DNA of 63,358 nt, counting the filler, from an uncultured Methanosarcinales archaeon (lineage in GTDB: Archaea > Nanobdellota > Nanobdellia > Woesearchaeales > JACPBV01), in NCBI GenBank assembly GCA_964492935.1. It is 5 parts of 5 records of this genome, joined end to end, with 100 filler letters (N's around TTAATTAATTAA, not from the genome) between each part and the next. Parts side by side here need not be neighbours in the genome. Positions count along the whole stretch, not along the records: positions 1 to 17,796 come from CAZBLF010000027.1; 4 more parts are not named here. One strand, 5' to 3'. A program made the position numbers and the translations under genes. Position 1 is the first letter of the stretch; every line of letters begins with the position of its first letter. The notes under the pieces are model-generated. The model was not told the DNA's origin. It saw only the letters and a program-made list of their open reading frames with translations, and did no database searches. Positions 1 to 10,184 of this stretch are shown here, piece by piece.

Positions 1-2
1 AG

Positions 3-1151
3 ACTCAACTCATCAGTCCGCGATATGGATTGAGTGTTATTGGCTGTGTACAGGATGCTATTTCCGGTATTTATTTGTTGAGTAAGAAGAAGGAGATGAA
101 ACGTACGGATGCAGTTGATTTATTGGCTGCAACGGGCATTACTGCATTTGGGAGATTATCTAGTAAGGAGATGGTGAGTGGTAACGATGTTATCTCTGCT
201 TTATTGCCTGACGATTTTAACTTTACTGCTGAATCGAGAAAGCCTTTGAGTAAACAGGGTGGCGATGATGTGGATCTTACTGTTGAAATTAAGGCTGGCA
301 GGGTTATTTCCGGTGTACTTGATAGTAATAATCTTGGTGAAGGTACTGGATTGTTGTTGCGAACGATTCACAAGAAGTATGGTCCTGAGTTTAGTGTTGA
401 TTTACTCGGCAAGTTATTTAGATTAGGAATCGAGATGCTGCTTCGTAATGGATTGAGCGCAATTATTTCAGATACAGACCTTCCTGAGGATGCTAAGCGA
501 GCTATTCGCGAAACGCTTGAGGTTGCTGAAAAGGACGTTGTTGAGCTTATTGATTTATTCCATAACAACAAATTAGAGACGTTCCCAGGTAGAACATTGA
601 CGGAAACCCTCGAATTGAAGATTTTGGAAGTCTTGAACAAGGCCCGAAACCGAACGGGAGAGATTGTTGCTGAACATGCTGATCCTAACAGTCCGACGAT
701 GGTTATGGCGGAGTCTGGTGCACGGGGTAATTTACTGAACCTGGCTCAGATGGCTGCATGTGTTGGACAGCAGGCTATGAGAGGTCAAAGAATTGACAAA
801 GGATATGCTGGTCGAACTTTAAGTGTGTTTAAGGAAAACGATTTGAGTCCAAGTGCACGTGGCTTTATTACTAATGGTTTCAAAACAGGATTAGAACCTC
901 ATGAGTTTTTCTTCGCCGCAATGACGGGTCGAGACAGTCTTATGGATACTGCTTTGCGTACACCTAAGAGCGGTTATTTGTACCGAAGATTAGCAAATGC
1001 GATGCAGGATTTGAAGGTTGAATATGATAGCACGGTTAGAGACGCAGCAAAGCGTATTGTGCAGTTCTCGTATGGAGAGGACGGCATTGATGTATCAAAA
1101 TCAGAAAATGGAAAGCTTAACGTTGAACGCGTTATTCAATCGATGAAATAA
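3..1151 (+). CDS. rpoA1: DNA-directed RNA polymerase subunit A' (C-terminal part, 5' truncated)
   Basis: VQDAISG, SGARG, GQQ and [23 protein letters not shown] motifs; frame open from window start. Confidence 0.97.
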   Translation, partial: TQLISPRYGLSVIGCVQDAISGIYLLSKKKEMKRTDAVDLLAATGITAFGRLSSKEMVSGNDVISALLPDDFNFTAESRKPLSKQGGDDVDLTVEIKAGRVISGVLDSNNLGEGTGLLLRTIHKKYGPEFSVDLLGKLFRLGIEMLLRNGLSAIISDTDLPEDAKRAIRETLEVAEKDVVELIDLFHNNKLETFPGRTLTETLELKILEVLNKARNRTGEIVAEHADPNSPTMVMAESGARGNLLNLAQMAACVGQQAMRGQRIDKGYAGRTLSVFKENDLSPSARGFITNGFKTGLEPHEFFFAAMTGRDSLMDTALRTPKSGYLYRRLANAMQDLKVEYDSTVRDAAKRIVQFSYGEDGIDVSKSENGKLNVERVIQSMK

Positions 1152-1152
1152 G

Positions 1153-2280
1153 ATGGCAGGAATAAACGACTACAAAGATAAATTACCTCCCTCAATTTTT
1201 GGGGCTCTTAGTGAGCGGACCAAGGAGATAGCTGCAGGTAAATTGAAAAGTATTGCGGATGAGATTGTTGAAGAATTTGCACTGGCACAGGTTGAACCCG
1301 GAGAATCAGTCGGTATTGTTAGCGCTGAAAGTATTGGAGAACCGGGAACACAGATGACTTTGAACACCTTCCACTTCGCTGGAGTTGCAGAGATGAACGT
1401 TACGATGGGATTGCCCCGTATCATCGAGATTCTTGATGGGCGAGCAAATATTAAGACTCCGATGATGGAAGTTTATTTGAAGGCTCCTCACAATAAGGGT
1501 AAGGACATTAAGCAGCTTGCAAATATTTTGAAGGAGACTTCTGTAAATGATATTGCAACTGGATTTTCCATTGATATTGCGGATCGTAAAATTACTATTG
1601 ATTTAGATAAGGATCAGCTTGATCTATTAGGAATCACGGCTGGAGCGGTGAGTACTGCGATGAAGAAGGGTGCAAAAGCATACACTCCAAGCGCAGTAGG
1701 TAACAGTGTTGTGTTGAAGCGCAAGGACAAGGATGACAGTATTAATGCGTTATACGTTGATAAGGAGAAGTTTAAGAGAATCATTATCAGTGGAATTAAG
1801 GGTATTACGCAGGTGTTGCCGGTTAAAAGAGATGAAGAATATCTCATTGTTACTGCGGGAACGAATATGAAGGACATTTTACCGTTAGAATTTGTGGATG
1901 AGACGAGAACTACGTGCAATGACATTTATGAAATTGCAAAAACTCTTGGTATCGAGGCTGCACGAGAGGTTATTATCCAGGAAGTGTACAAAGTTATTGA
2001 GAATCAGGGACTTAATGTCGATATTAGACACATCATGCTGGTTGCGGACACGATGTGTAACATCGGTTTGATTAAAGGTATAACCAGGTATGGTGTTGTT
2101 TCGGAGAAGGCATCGGTTTTAGCACGAGCATCATTCGAAACTCCGATTAAGCACATTATTAACGCTTCTTTGATTGGCGAGGTCGATCAGTTGGATAGTG
2201 TTGTGGAGAATGTCATGATTAATCAGCCGACTCCTGTAGGAACAGGATTGCCCGGCTTAGTAACGAAGGTGAAGAAATAA
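1153..2280 (+). CDS. rpoA2: RNA polymerase subunit A''
   Basis: [20 protein letters not shown] trigger loop, GLPRIIE, RASFET. Confidence 0.97.
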   Translation: MAGINDYKDKLPPSIFGALSERTKEIAAGKLKSIADEIVEEFALAQVEPGESVGIVSAESIGEPGTQMTLNTFHFAGVAEMNVTMGLPRIIEILDGRANIKTPMMEVYLKAPHNKGKDIKQLANILKETSVNDIATGFSIDIADRKITIDLDKDQLDLLGITAGAVSTAMKKGAKAYTPSAVGNSVVLKRKDKDDSINALYVDKEKFKRIIISGIKGITQVLPVKRDEEYLIVTAGTNMKDILPLEFVDETRTTCNDIYEIAKTLGIEAAREVIIQEVYKVIENQGLNVDIRHIMLVADTMCNIGLIKGITRYGVVSEKASVLARASFETPIKHIINASLIGEVDQLDSVVENVMINQPTPVGTGLPGLVTKVKK

Positions 2281-2546
2281 TGGAAGATGGAGAAAGTGCA
2301 TTACGTACTGTTTTGAAGGGAGACAAAGTGTTATTTGGTGTTGATCAGGCTTTGAAAGGACTTCGTAAGGGCGAGATTGAACAGGTCTTTTTGAGTTCTA
2401 CCGTTGAAAAACCGTCTAGAGAAACTCTTTTGCAATATGCAAAGGCTGATGGTGTACCGGTTCACGAATTAGATATGGCTAGTGATGAATTAGGCGTTTT
2501 CTGTAAAAAGGCATTTGGGCTTTCGGTCGTTAGTGTTGCGAAATGA
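2280..2546 (+). CDS. rpl30e: L30e/L7Ae-family ribosomal protein
   Basis: G...ALK.L and ELGVFCKK pattern; canonical position between rpoA2 and nusA. Confidence 0.8.
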   Translation: MEDGESALRTVLKGDKVLFGVDQALKGLRKGEIEQVFLSSTVEKPSRETLLQYAKADGVPVHELDMASDELGVFCKKAFGLSVVSVAK

Positions 2547-2956
2547 GCAAGGTGTTATTTGATGTTACTGTTTTGCAGCAGATTCAGCTCTTTGAAAAGG
2601 TGACGGGGGCAAGAGTTAAAGATTGTATTGCTTCGGATGTGCTGTTATTCATTGTTGAGAACGGCGATATTGGAAAGGCTATTGGCAAGGGCGGGAGTGT
2701 GTTGAAGAAAGTAGAAGGGTTGTTGAAGAAGCCTCTGAAAATTGTTGAGTTTAATGCTGATATTTGTGAATTTGTTAAAACGTATCTGAAACCTTTGCGT
2801 GTTACAGATATTTCGTGTAAGGATGATGTTGTGACTATTCGTGGCTTGGATGGTCCTTCTAAAGGTAAGATTATTGGTCGCGATAAAAAGAATTTGAACT
2901 TTCTTGTCTCTTTATTAAAGCGTTATTTTACGGTTGAACGAGTGGATTTAGAGTGA
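2543..2956 (+). CDS. nusA: Archaeal NusA (two KH domains)
   Basis: IGKAIGKGG and GKIIGRD KH loops; operon position. Confidence 0.9.
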   Translation: MSKVLFDVTVLQQIQLFEKVTGARVKDCIASDVLLFIVENGDIGKAIGKGGSVLKKVEGLLKKPLKIVEFNADICEFVKTYLKPLRVTDISCKDDVVTIRGLDGPSKGKIIGRDKKNLNFLVSLLKRYFTVERVDLE

Positions 2957-3036
2957 GTCGAGTTATGAAGTTGTCGTTAGAGGAGTCAAGTTTATAATCA
3001 TAAGGTTTAAAAAGCGATTGGGAACACTAGGTATAA

Positions 3037-3474
3037 ATGGGTAAAAAGACAAAAGGATTGGCAGCTGGAAAAGCGCTTCGTAAGAGAAGGGCAACCAACA
3101 GGTGGAAGGACAAGTGGTACACCCGTAAGGCTAAAGATCTTAAGGCAAAATCTGATCCACTAGGTGGCAGTTCACAGGCTAAAGGTATTGTTCTAGAGAA
3201 AGTACAGTTCGAGGCAAAGCAGCCAAACTCAGCTATGAGAAAGTGTTGCAGGGTACAGCTGGTTAAGAACGGTAAACAGGTTACTGCATTCTCACCGAGA
3301 GATGGAAGTACTAAATTGATTGACGAGCACGATGAAGTTATTATTGAATGTATTGGTGGAGCAATGGGAAAATCTAAAGGAGATATTCCTGGAGTTCGCT
3401 GGCAAATAATTAAAGTTAATGAACAGAGCCTGGACGCATTGCGCAAAGGACTGATCGAGAAGGCACGAAAATAA
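3037..3474 (+). CDS. rps12: 30S ribosomal protein S12 (uS12)
   Basis: [20 protein letters not shown]. Confidence 0.98.
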   Translation: MGKKTKGLAAGKALRKRRATNRWKDKWYTRKAKDLKAKSDPLGGSSQAKGIVLEKVQFEAKQPNSAMRKCCRVQLVKNGKQVTAFSPRDGSTKLIDEHDEVIIECIGGAMGKSKGDIPGVRWQIIKVNEQSLDALRKGLIEKARK

Positions 3475-4073
3475 TGGCACAAATTCTTGCATTTGATAGA
3501 TGGGATACCAACGGCATCACGGTAGAGGATCCTGGCTTGGAACGATACATTAGTGTTGAACCTCGTTTAGTTCCTAAATCAGGTGCACGATATCATGGAA
3601 ATCGATTTCACAAGAGTAAGGTGTTTATTGTTGAGCGTTTAATCAACAAGGTTTTGGTTCCTGGACACAAAGGTAAGAAGCACGTTAGGTCTAGTAAAAC
3701 TATTACGGGAAAGGCACACACTGCTTACACGTTGGTGTATGATGCATTGGCTGTTGTTGAACAGAAGACGAAGAAGAATCCTATTGCAGTTTTTGTTAAG
3801 GCTATTGAAAATGCTGCTCCTCGAGAGGAAATTATCACTATTGAATATGGTGGAGCACGTTATCCTAAAGCAGTTGAATGTGCACCTCAGAGACGGATTG
3901 ATGTTGTGTTGAGATTAATGGTGCAGGGAGCACTTCAGAAAAGTATTAATTCTAAACTTACCATGGTTAATGCTCTTGCTGATGAGATCATTAATGCTCA
4001 TGGGTTGAATCAGGCTTCTAATGCGATTTCTAAGAAATTAGATGTTGAACGACAGGCAGACGCTTCTCGTTAA
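3474..4073 (+). CDS. rps7: 30S ribosomal protein S7 (uS7)
   Basis: IVERLINK, AIENAAPREE, ERQADASR. Confidence 0.97.
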   Translation: MAQILAFDRWDTNGITVEDPGLERYISVEPRLVPKSGARYHGNRFHKSKVFIVERLINKVLVPGHKGKKHVRSSKTITGKAHTAYTLVYDALAVVEQKTKKNPIAVFVKAIENAAPREEIITIEYGGARYPKAVECAPQRRIDVVLRLMVQGALQKSINSKLTMVNALADEIINAHGLNQASNAISKKLDVERQADASR

Positions 4074-4192
4074 AGTAAGATAATTGCTAGAATAAATCCT
4101 ACAACGATTCCTATGACGAATCCATGGACTAGTTCTTTGAGTCCGTATTCGATTTCATGTTCTACTTCTTTTGCTAATGATCTCTTTTTCAT
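4070..4192 (-). CDS. 40-aa single-TM small protein (not in ORF track)
   Basis: MKKRSLAKEVEHEIEYGLKELVHGFVIGIVVGFILAIILL; ATGA overlap with stop of upstream gene. Confidence 0.65.
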   Translation of the reverse strand: MKKRSLAKEVEHEIEYGLKELVHGFVIGIVVGFILAIILL

Positions 4193-4437
4193 CTGTTTTT
4201 TCCGGGTAATGCTTCTTTTAGCTCAATTGCTCCTAATGACCATAGTACGGCAGAGGTTCCGAATAAGAGGGGAAACATGAGGAATTCTTTTCCTTGTATT
4301 AAATATTCTAGAGAGCCGTAGAAGATCGGTCTGGATGCGCCCCACACGGCGATGTACATGCCTACTCCGAAAAGAGTTCCTGCGAGAAATTGTAATGTTA
4401 ATCCTATGATTTCGTGTGTTCTTAGGTTGCTCTTCAT
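4189..4437 (-). CDS. Small two-TM membrane protein
   Basis: Two hydrophobic helices; TATA-like TTTATA just upstream. Confidence 0.7.
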   Translation of the reverse strand: MKSNLRTHEIIGLTLQFLAGTLFGVGMYIAVWGASRPIFYGSLEYLIQGKEFLMFPLLFGTSAVLWSLGAIELKEALPGKNR

Positions 4438-4516
4438 TTCTTTACTTTTGGTTTTTGACTATATAAATATTCTGTTTAGGGAAAACTATTTATAGTTTGT
4501 TTGTGGGTACCGAGGT

Positions 4517-5809
4517 ATGGCTTTTCGCTTTGTGTTGTTGATTATTCTTTGTAGTTTTTTGGTGTTTGCGGCAGATGATTTAGGTCGGTCTTCTATTTTC
4601 GATGGTTCTTCAGATCGTTCCTTTTTTAATGAGATTGTTCAGGAGGATGTTACTGATGATCGTATTGGGCTTACGGATGAGTTTCTCAATGATGATGCTA
4701 CGATAGATGATGATGTATTAACTACGGAGATAGATGAGTCCTTGACACAGGATACTTTTCAAGACGAGGAGTTTGCTTTTGAAACAGGGGATGATTTTTT
4801 GGATGTTGATGATACTACCGCGGTGCGAGATGTTTTGATTGATGATATTACTTCAGATAATCCTGCTTTGGATAATACTGCTTTGACGGATCCTGATACG
4901 GTTGATGATTTTTCGGATGAGGAATTTGTTTTGGATGATGCTGGAATCGTGGTAGAGAGTTCCTCTGCTACTGAAATAGAGGTTTCGGAGGAGGTATTGA
5001 CTCGTGATGCTAGGGTGGATGAGGAGGCTTCGATTCAGGATGTTATTAAGGAGGAGGAGTTTTCATTTTCAACGGATGCAAATGCTACTGATAAAGATTT
5101 GACTGCTCGTATTTTTTTGACTGAAGAAAAGGATGATGTTGAATCTACTGAAAAGAGCTCTGAAGATTCTTTGCGTGATTTTGTTGTTCAAGAAGAGAAA
5201 AAACCTTCTTTGTTGAAGGAGTCTCTCAAGACTGAGGCTCAACAGGTGGAGGCGCAGATTGTTGAGCCTACGCTTAAGCGTTTAGAGTTTCTTGAGTTGC
5301 GTGGCTCGAGTTTGGTGAGTGATGATATTCGTGCTAGCTTTGCATCGGCAAGCGAGGCAGTTATTGTTCAAAAGTCGCTGGTGCCGGTAAAGAAATCTAG
5401 AACGGTGGAGCATACCAAGGTAAGTATTGTGATTCGTCCTACAAAATTGATTTATGATTTTGTGTTGTATGAAGATATTCCTAAATCGGTTGCGGAGCAT
5501 GTTTCCGAACTTGAATTTTCTAATCCTAATTATGTGGTGTTAGAAGACGATCCCTTGATTGCTTGGCAGTTTGCGGTGTTGGATGCTCCGGTGGAGCTTT
5601 CGTATACGGTGAAGAAGAAGATAGAGTTGCTTCCGGTATCGGTGGCGGCAGCAGGGTTGGTTACGAGGGAGGAGGCTCAGTATCGCTCTCCGGTTACTTC
5701 CTTGCGTCCGTTTCTACTGATCTTGTTCGGGATTATTGTGGTTGCACTGATTGGATTATGGTTTTCGCGTCAGCATCGCTCGGTGCAGCGGATGTATGAT
5801 TCTCTTTAG
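4517..5809 (+). CDS. Secreted acidic surface protein with C-terminal TM anchor
   Basis: Signal peptide, D/E-rich low-complexity N-half, beta-rich domain, C-terminal TM helix. Confidence 0.8.
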   Translation: MAFRFVLLIILCSFLVFAADDLGRSSIFDGSSDRSFFNEIVQEDVTDDRIGLTDEFLNDDATIDDDVLTTEIDESLTQDTFQDEEFAFETGDDFLDVDDTTAVRDVLIDDITSDNPALDNTALTDPDTVDDFSDEEFVLDDAGIVVESSSATEIEVSEEVLTRDARVDEEASIQDVIKEEEFSFSTDANATDKDLTARIFLTEEKDDVESTEKSSEDSLRDFVVQEEKKPSLLKESLKTEAQQVEAQIVEPTLKRLEFLELRGSSLVSDDIRASFASASEAVIVQKSLVPVKKSRTVEHTKVSIVIRPTKLIYDFVLYEDIPKSVAEHVSELEFSNPNYVVLEDDPLIAWQFAVLDAPVELSYTVKKKIELLPVSVAAAGLVTREEAQYRSPVTSLRPFLLILFGIIVVALIGLWFSRQHRSVQRMYDSL

Positions 5810-7689
5810 TTCTTTTGACCGTAGATGAAGATGTAGCGCCATGCAAGGCCTTGTTTACGTTCGATATTGACAGTAAATCCTGCGTTTTTGAAGGTTCTCT
5901 TGATGGTTTCATCTTTGTCGAGCCACTCTTTATTGGGAATGAGATCGAAGAATTTTTCATAATCTACGAACACGATTCTTGAGTGTTTTTTTAATCGTTT
6001 ACTCATATGTTTGAGGACTTGGTGGATGTCGTTGACATGTGCTAGGTTTCCTACGCTCACGACGTGATCGCAGTTTGGAACAGAAGGATGCACTTGCTTG
6101 TGGTGATCGTTATCGTGTATTGCTTTGACGTGGGAATGGTGGTGTTTTTTGATTCTCTTCTTTACAATTTCTATGTCTTTTTTGGAGATGTCGGTGGCGT
6201 ATATTTTTCCTTTCTTGCCTACTGCTCTTGCTAACGGCATGGTTAATGTTCCTACTGAACATCCGAACTCTAAGACTGTTTTGCCTTTGACAGGTCCTAA
6301 TAATTCTAATGTCTTTTTTCTTATGGACATCGGCAGAGAGAGACGCTCGGTTGCTAGAGTGACGTGTGCGAGCATGTCATAAGTCTTTCTGAGTGCTTTT
6401 GGATTGTAATAGAGTTCTAACATGAAATAGAGTGGGATGCCGAGAAAGATGAGCGAGAAGGCTAATCGTAGCAAACCAAATGCATTTTCCTCTATGACTA
6501 GCCACATGATGAGCATGCTGACGAGGATGATGATGACGCCTATCGGCAGGATTTTTCCTAGAGGTGCTTTATAGGGTCGCTTGAGGTTGGGTTTGGTGAA
6601 GCGCAATTTTACTAGTGCAATCAATACTGCGCAGTACATGACGAGGACTAGTGGGAGGAGCATTAGCAGGAGCGTTTGATAGGCTCCGGCTCCGATAAAC
6701 ACTAGTGCGGAGGTGAGAACGGTTTGGAAGATGATTGCTTTATAGGGAGTTTTGTATTTGGGGTGGATGGATGCGAGTTGGGTGATGAATAATCTATCGC
6801 GGGCCATTGCTAAGAGTAGTCTTGGAGCTGAGACAATCCAGCCTGCTACGGAACCGATGATTGCTAAGTATACTAGTAATGTGAAGACATCTTTTGCTTG
6901 ATCTCCGAAATGCATCTGTCCGAGATCTGATAATGGAGCTACGGAATTTCCGAAGATCTGCCAGGGTATTGTTGAAAGTGACGTTGTTACAAAGACGATG
7001 GAGATGATTGCGATGATGATGGTTCCGAGGATGAGTGCTTTCGGCATTACTTTCTCAGGGTTTTTGGTTTCTTCCGAGAGGAAGGTGGTGGTTTCCCAAC
7101 CGAAAAAGGTTTCTTGGATGTAGAATAATGCTAGCACTATGGCTGATGTTGGTAGGATGAAGAAGGGTTTGAGATTTTCTGGATGAAACGAGATAAGGCC
7201 AGGGATGATTAATGAAAAGAGGGTAGCGAGAGTGATGATTGAGAATGCAACGAGCATGACGCTGCTGGTTTTCATTCCTCTGTATGTTATGTAGTTGAAG
7301 ATGACGATGAAGAGGATGGAGATGCCGATTTTGGCTACGGGTGCGTTTACCGGTAGTAGATATTGGATTGCTCCGACGATGAGCATGGCGATGGTGACGT
7401 TTCCTGCTACGATGGTGATCCATCCTAAGATGAATGAGGTGAATCTGCCGAAAGCTTGCTTGGCATATTCGTAGATGCCGCCTGCTTTGGGAAACATAGA
7501 CACTAATTCGGCGAAACACATGCTGACGTAGATTGAAATTATTGCTATTATGATCCAGGAGATGATGGATGCTGGGCCTGCGATTTGAGCTCCTAATGCT
7601 GGTAGGAAAAAGATTCCGGTGCCCATGATTGCGTTAATGGTTATTAAGAGAATTATTTTGAAATCTAGTACCTTTTCTAGCTTGGACAT
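5806..7689 (-). CDS. APC-family amino acid permease fused to a class I SAM-dependent methyltransferase-like domain
   Basis: IMGTGIF, GGIYEY, GWET..SEE APC motifs; C-terminal VLEFGCSVG and YATDIS. Confidence 0.88.
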   Translation of the reverse strand: MSKLEKVLDFKIILLITINAIMGTGIFFLPALGAQIAGPASIISWIIIAIISIYVSMCFAELVSMFPKAGGIYEYAKQAFGRFTSFILGWITIVAGNVTIAMLIVGAIQYLLPVNAPVAKIGISILFIVIFNYITYRGMKTSSVMLVAFSIITLATLFSLIIPGLISFHPENLKPFFILPTSAIVLALFYIQETFFGWETTTFLSEETKNPEKVMPKALILGTIIIAIISIVFVTTSLSTIPWQIFGNSVAPLSDLGQMHFGDQAKDVFTLLVYLAIIGSVAGWIVSAPRLLLAMARDRLFITQLASIHPKYKTPYKAIIFQTVLTSALVFIGAGAYQTLLLMLLPLVLVMYCAVLIALVKLRFTKPNLKRPYKAPLGKILPIGVIIILVSMLIMWLVIEENAFGLLRLAFSLIFLGIPLYFMLELYYNPKALRKTYDMLAHVTLATERLSLPMSIRKKTLELLGPVKGKTVLEFGCSVGTLTMPLARAVGKKGKIYATDISKKDIEIVKKRIKKHHHSHVKAIHDNDHHKQVHPSVPNCDHVVSVGNLAHVNDIHQVLKHMSKRLKKHSRIVFVDYEKFFDLIPNKEWLDKDETIKRTFKNAGFTVNIERKQGLAWRYIFIYGQKN

Positions 7690-7733
7690 AGGTTCATTTT
7701 GTTTTTTGTGTTTAAATAGTAAGTGGTTTTTAT

Positions 7734-7897
7734 GGCTCTGTAGAAAGTCTCACTTCGTTCTGGTCACCAGCTTCGAAATCCTGCTTTTGTGTATTGAAGG
7801 CTGACATTCTCCGTAGGAGCCAACCCACTTGTCAGTTTGCTCTAGAGATCAATGGGATTTCGACTTTATGCCGGTGACCAGGACTTGCTACTGAGCC
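7734..7897 (+). repeat. Dispersed structured element, copy A
   Basis: CTTCGAAATCC(7771)-16nt-AGGCTGACA-[TTCTCCGTAGGAGCCAACCCACT]-TGTCAGTTT-15nt-GGGATTTCGA; outer stems CTGGTCACC/GGTGACCAG and GGCTC/GAGCC. Confidence 0.8.
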
Positions 7898-7952
7898 GGT
7901 TTTTATACCATACCTTTAAAAAGTTTAAGGGTTTACTTGATTAGGGAATTTC

Positions 7953-9017
7953 ATGTCATTGTTCAAGGATATTTTGTCTTCTGAGGAAAGCGTGTTTAAG
8001 AATGAGGTAGCTTTGGATTTTTCGTTTCAGCCGAAGATTGTTCCTTATCGTGAACAACAGCAAAGGCAGATTGCGGAATGTATTAAGCCTTTATTTTCTG
8101 AACGAAATGGAAAGAATATGTTTATTCATGGTCCGCCGGGTGTCGGCAAAACGGTTGCGATTAAGCATGTGTTGAAGGAGTTGGACGAGGAGGCAGAGGA
8201 CATTCATATTTTATATGTTAATTGTTGGCAGAAAAATACTACGTTTAAGATTTTTGTTGAGTTGTGTGAGCAATTGGATTATCCACACACGCAGAACAAG
8301 GGTTCTGAGGAATTGTTTAAGGTTGTGAAGAATGTGGTGAATAAGGGTAGCGCCGTAATTGTGTTTGATGAGGTCGATAAGGTCGAGGATATGGACTTTT
8401 TGTATAGTATTTTAGAGGAGGTTTTTCGTAAGTCGCTTATTTTGATTACTAACTATCCTTCTTGGTTACAGAAGTTGGAGCAGAGGATTGTTTCTCGGAT
8501 TAATTTGCAGCAGCTTCCGTTTAGTTATTATACGTTACCGGAGACAAAAGTGATATTGCAGCAGCGTTTGAAATATGCCTTTCACGAGAATGTGGTGGAG
8601 GCTGGAGTTCTCGATTTAGTTGCTGAGAAAACGTTTGCAAGTAAGGATATGAGGATTGGTGTTACGCTGTTGCGTGAGGCCGGGATGCAGGCTGAGGAGC
8701 GAGCAAGTCGAACGGTGTCGGTTGATGATGTTACGAAATCTCTTGAGAGTAAGTTGGATTTGGATAGTACTGCTTCTATGGCAGATGATTTGGTTATTTT
8801 ATTGGAGTTAGTTAAAGAGCATCCTGGTTTGAAGATGGGTGAATTATTTGAGCAATACACTGCGGGTGGAGGAAGTGCATCCTACAGGACGTTTGCGCGC
8901 AAGATCAATAAGTTGGGAGATACGGGACAGGTTGTTCTGGAGAAGAAGTCGGGTGGTGCGGATGGAAGTACTACTTTAGTTCGTTTGCCTGCTGAGAAGA
9001 AGTTGACTGAATTCTGA
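7953..9017 (+). CDS. cdc6: Orc1/Cdc6 family replication initiator
   Basis: GPPGVGKT Walker A, YVNC, VFDEVD Walker B, C-terminal wHTH. Confidence 0.92.
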   Translation: MSLFKDILSSEESVFKNEVALDFSFQPKIVPYREQQQRQIAECIKPLFSERNGKNMFIHGPPGVGKTVAIKHVLKELDEEAEDIHILYVNCWQKNTTFKIFVELCEQLDYPHTQNKGSEELFKVVKNVVNKGSAVIVFDEVDKVEDMDFLYSILEEVFRKSLILITNYPSWLQKLEQRIVSRINLQQLPFSYYTLPETKVILQQRLKYAFHENVVEAGVLDLVAEKTFASKDMRIGVTLLREAGMQAEERASRTVSVDDVTKSLESKLDLDSTASMADDLVILLELVKEHPGLKMGELFEQYTAGGGSASYRTFARKINKLGDTGQVVLEKKSGGADGSTTLVRLPAEKKLTEF

Positions 9018-9054
9018 TGGGAAGCTATAAATAGCTGCACGGTTGTGTTATAGT

Positions 9055-9441
9055 ATGGTGAAATGGTTCGATGGAGGGAGCGTACAATCGTTACAGGGAA
9101 GGGAGCTAGATCGGTTAGAGCGAGGATTATCCAGTCTTAAAAGGGAAACTGACATTATTACTCGTATGAAGCAGCTTGTTCGAAAGCTCTCTTCAGGTAA
9201 GATTTCTCGTGAGGAAGTAACTGCTGAAAGTAAGGAGCTTAATATCTTGATGGGTGCTTTGGCAAACGAGGAGGAGAATGCGTTTAGCAATATATCTAGT
9301 GCAGAGGATTATCTCAAGGAGCAGCAGGCAAAAACTCGCGATGAGCATAAGAATACTAAACTGTGTACTTGTGGTAGGGAGGTTCCTACACGCCAGAAAT
9401 TTTGTGAATACTGCGGTTACAGTTTTCTTAAGAAACATTAA
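9055..9441 (+). CDS. Hypothetical coiled-coil protein with C-terminal zinc ribbon
   Basis: CTCG...FCEYCG. Confidence 0.7.
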   Translation: MVKWFDGGSVQSLQGRELDRLERGLSSLKRETDIITRMKQLVRKLSSGKISREEVTAESKELNILMGALANEEENAFSNISSAEDYLKEQQAKTRDEHKNTKLCTCGREVPTRQKFCEYCGYSFLKKH

Positions 9442-9710
9442 TGTCTTGCTGCGAAGTTGACGTAGTCGTTGTGGGGTTCTTTCCATTGTTCTATTACTCC
9501 ATCTACTATCGCGTTATCGGGTCCTTTCTTGCACCATTCTATTAATTGTTTGAGTTTGTCTTCAGGACCTTCTGCAATGACTTCTACGTCTCCGTTGGGC
9601 AGGTTTCTTACGAATCCTTTGATTTGTAGCTTGTGGGCTTGTTTAACGGTGTTATGTCTATAGAAGACTCCTTGGACCTTTCCTTTTATTGTTAGGTGGA
9701 GGTGTTTCAT
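9438..9710 (-). CDS. acyP: Acylphosphatase
   Basis: GKVQGVFYR, GFVRNLPNGDVEV; start moved to MKHLHL. Confidence 0.95.
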   Translation of the reverse strand: MKHLHLTIKGKVQGVFYRHNTVKQAHKLQIKGFVRNLPNGDVEVIAEGPEDKLKQLIEWCKKGPDNAIVDGVIEQWKEPHNDYVNFAARH

Positions 9711-9906
9711 TGTTCTTTTTGAGGTGTATTGGTTTAAATTTGTGTTGTTTTTGGTCACTTGCCAACTAGGCGTGTCCAGTCTGTGAGGCTTGAATTCTTT
9801 GGTTTTAGGGTTTGTAGGGGTAAAATGGGGTTGCACTTGCCACTTGCCAGGTGCGGGCGCGAGGTATATAAGTGATGAATGTGTTAAGAGTAGTAATTGG
9901 TCATTA

Positions 9907-9958
9907 AGGGCAGGTAACCTTAACACACCCCCTGTGTCTTCCTGCCCTTTATTTTTTT
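9907..9958 (+). other. GC-rich hairpin plus T-tract downstream of a TATA box (leader/attenuator or small RNA)
   Basis: AAGGGCAGG...CCTGCCCTT with inner ACAC/GTGT, then TATTTTTTT; TATATAA at ~9865. Confidence 0.5.
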
Positions 9959-9974
9959 CCAATGAGGTGAAACG

Positions 9975-10049
9975 ATGGTTGATGTTAGTCATAGCGCTAT
10001 AAAAAAAATATTTTTTGAACAAATAAAAACGCTCACACTAGGAGCATAA
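9975..10049 (+). CDS. 24-aa small ORF
   Basis: GAGGTGA Shine-Dalgarno; MVDVSHSAIKKIFFEQIKTLTLGA. Confidence 0.45.
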   Translation: MVDVSHSAIKKIFFEQIKTLTLGA

Positions 10050-10062
10050 GAGGTGGTTGAAG

Positions 10063-10182
10063 ATGTACGAAGAAACGGTGGAGAACGATATTTACAGGGA
10101 GGCTGGAGTGCTCGATTACTCGGACAACGACGAGATCAGCGCTATGGAAGAGGGCTTTATGCTCGGATACTTGGGGGCGTAA
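10063..10182 (+). CDS. 39-aa acidic small protein
   Basis: GAGGTGG SD; MYEETVENDIYREAGVLDYSDNDEISAMEEGFMLGYLGA. Confidence 0.7.
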   Translation: MYEETVENDIYREAGVLDYSDNDEISAMEEGFMLGYLGA

Positions 10183-10184
10183 AG

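Noticed and set aside
4074..4500. EF-2 gene absent after rps7
   Set aside because: Operon break only; dph5 implies EF-2 is encoded elsewhere.
7771..7781. CTTCGAAATCC resembles a tRNA T-arm
   Set aside because: No cloverleaf; the motif pairs long-range with GGATTTCGA. No tRNA was recognised in the window.
7690..7952. oriC next to cdc6
   Set aside because: No recognisable ORB repeats and no skew switch across the locus.
9711..10022. Long N-terminal extension of acylphosphatase in the ORF track
   Set aside because: It spans promoters and hairpins; the family starts at MKHLHL (9710).
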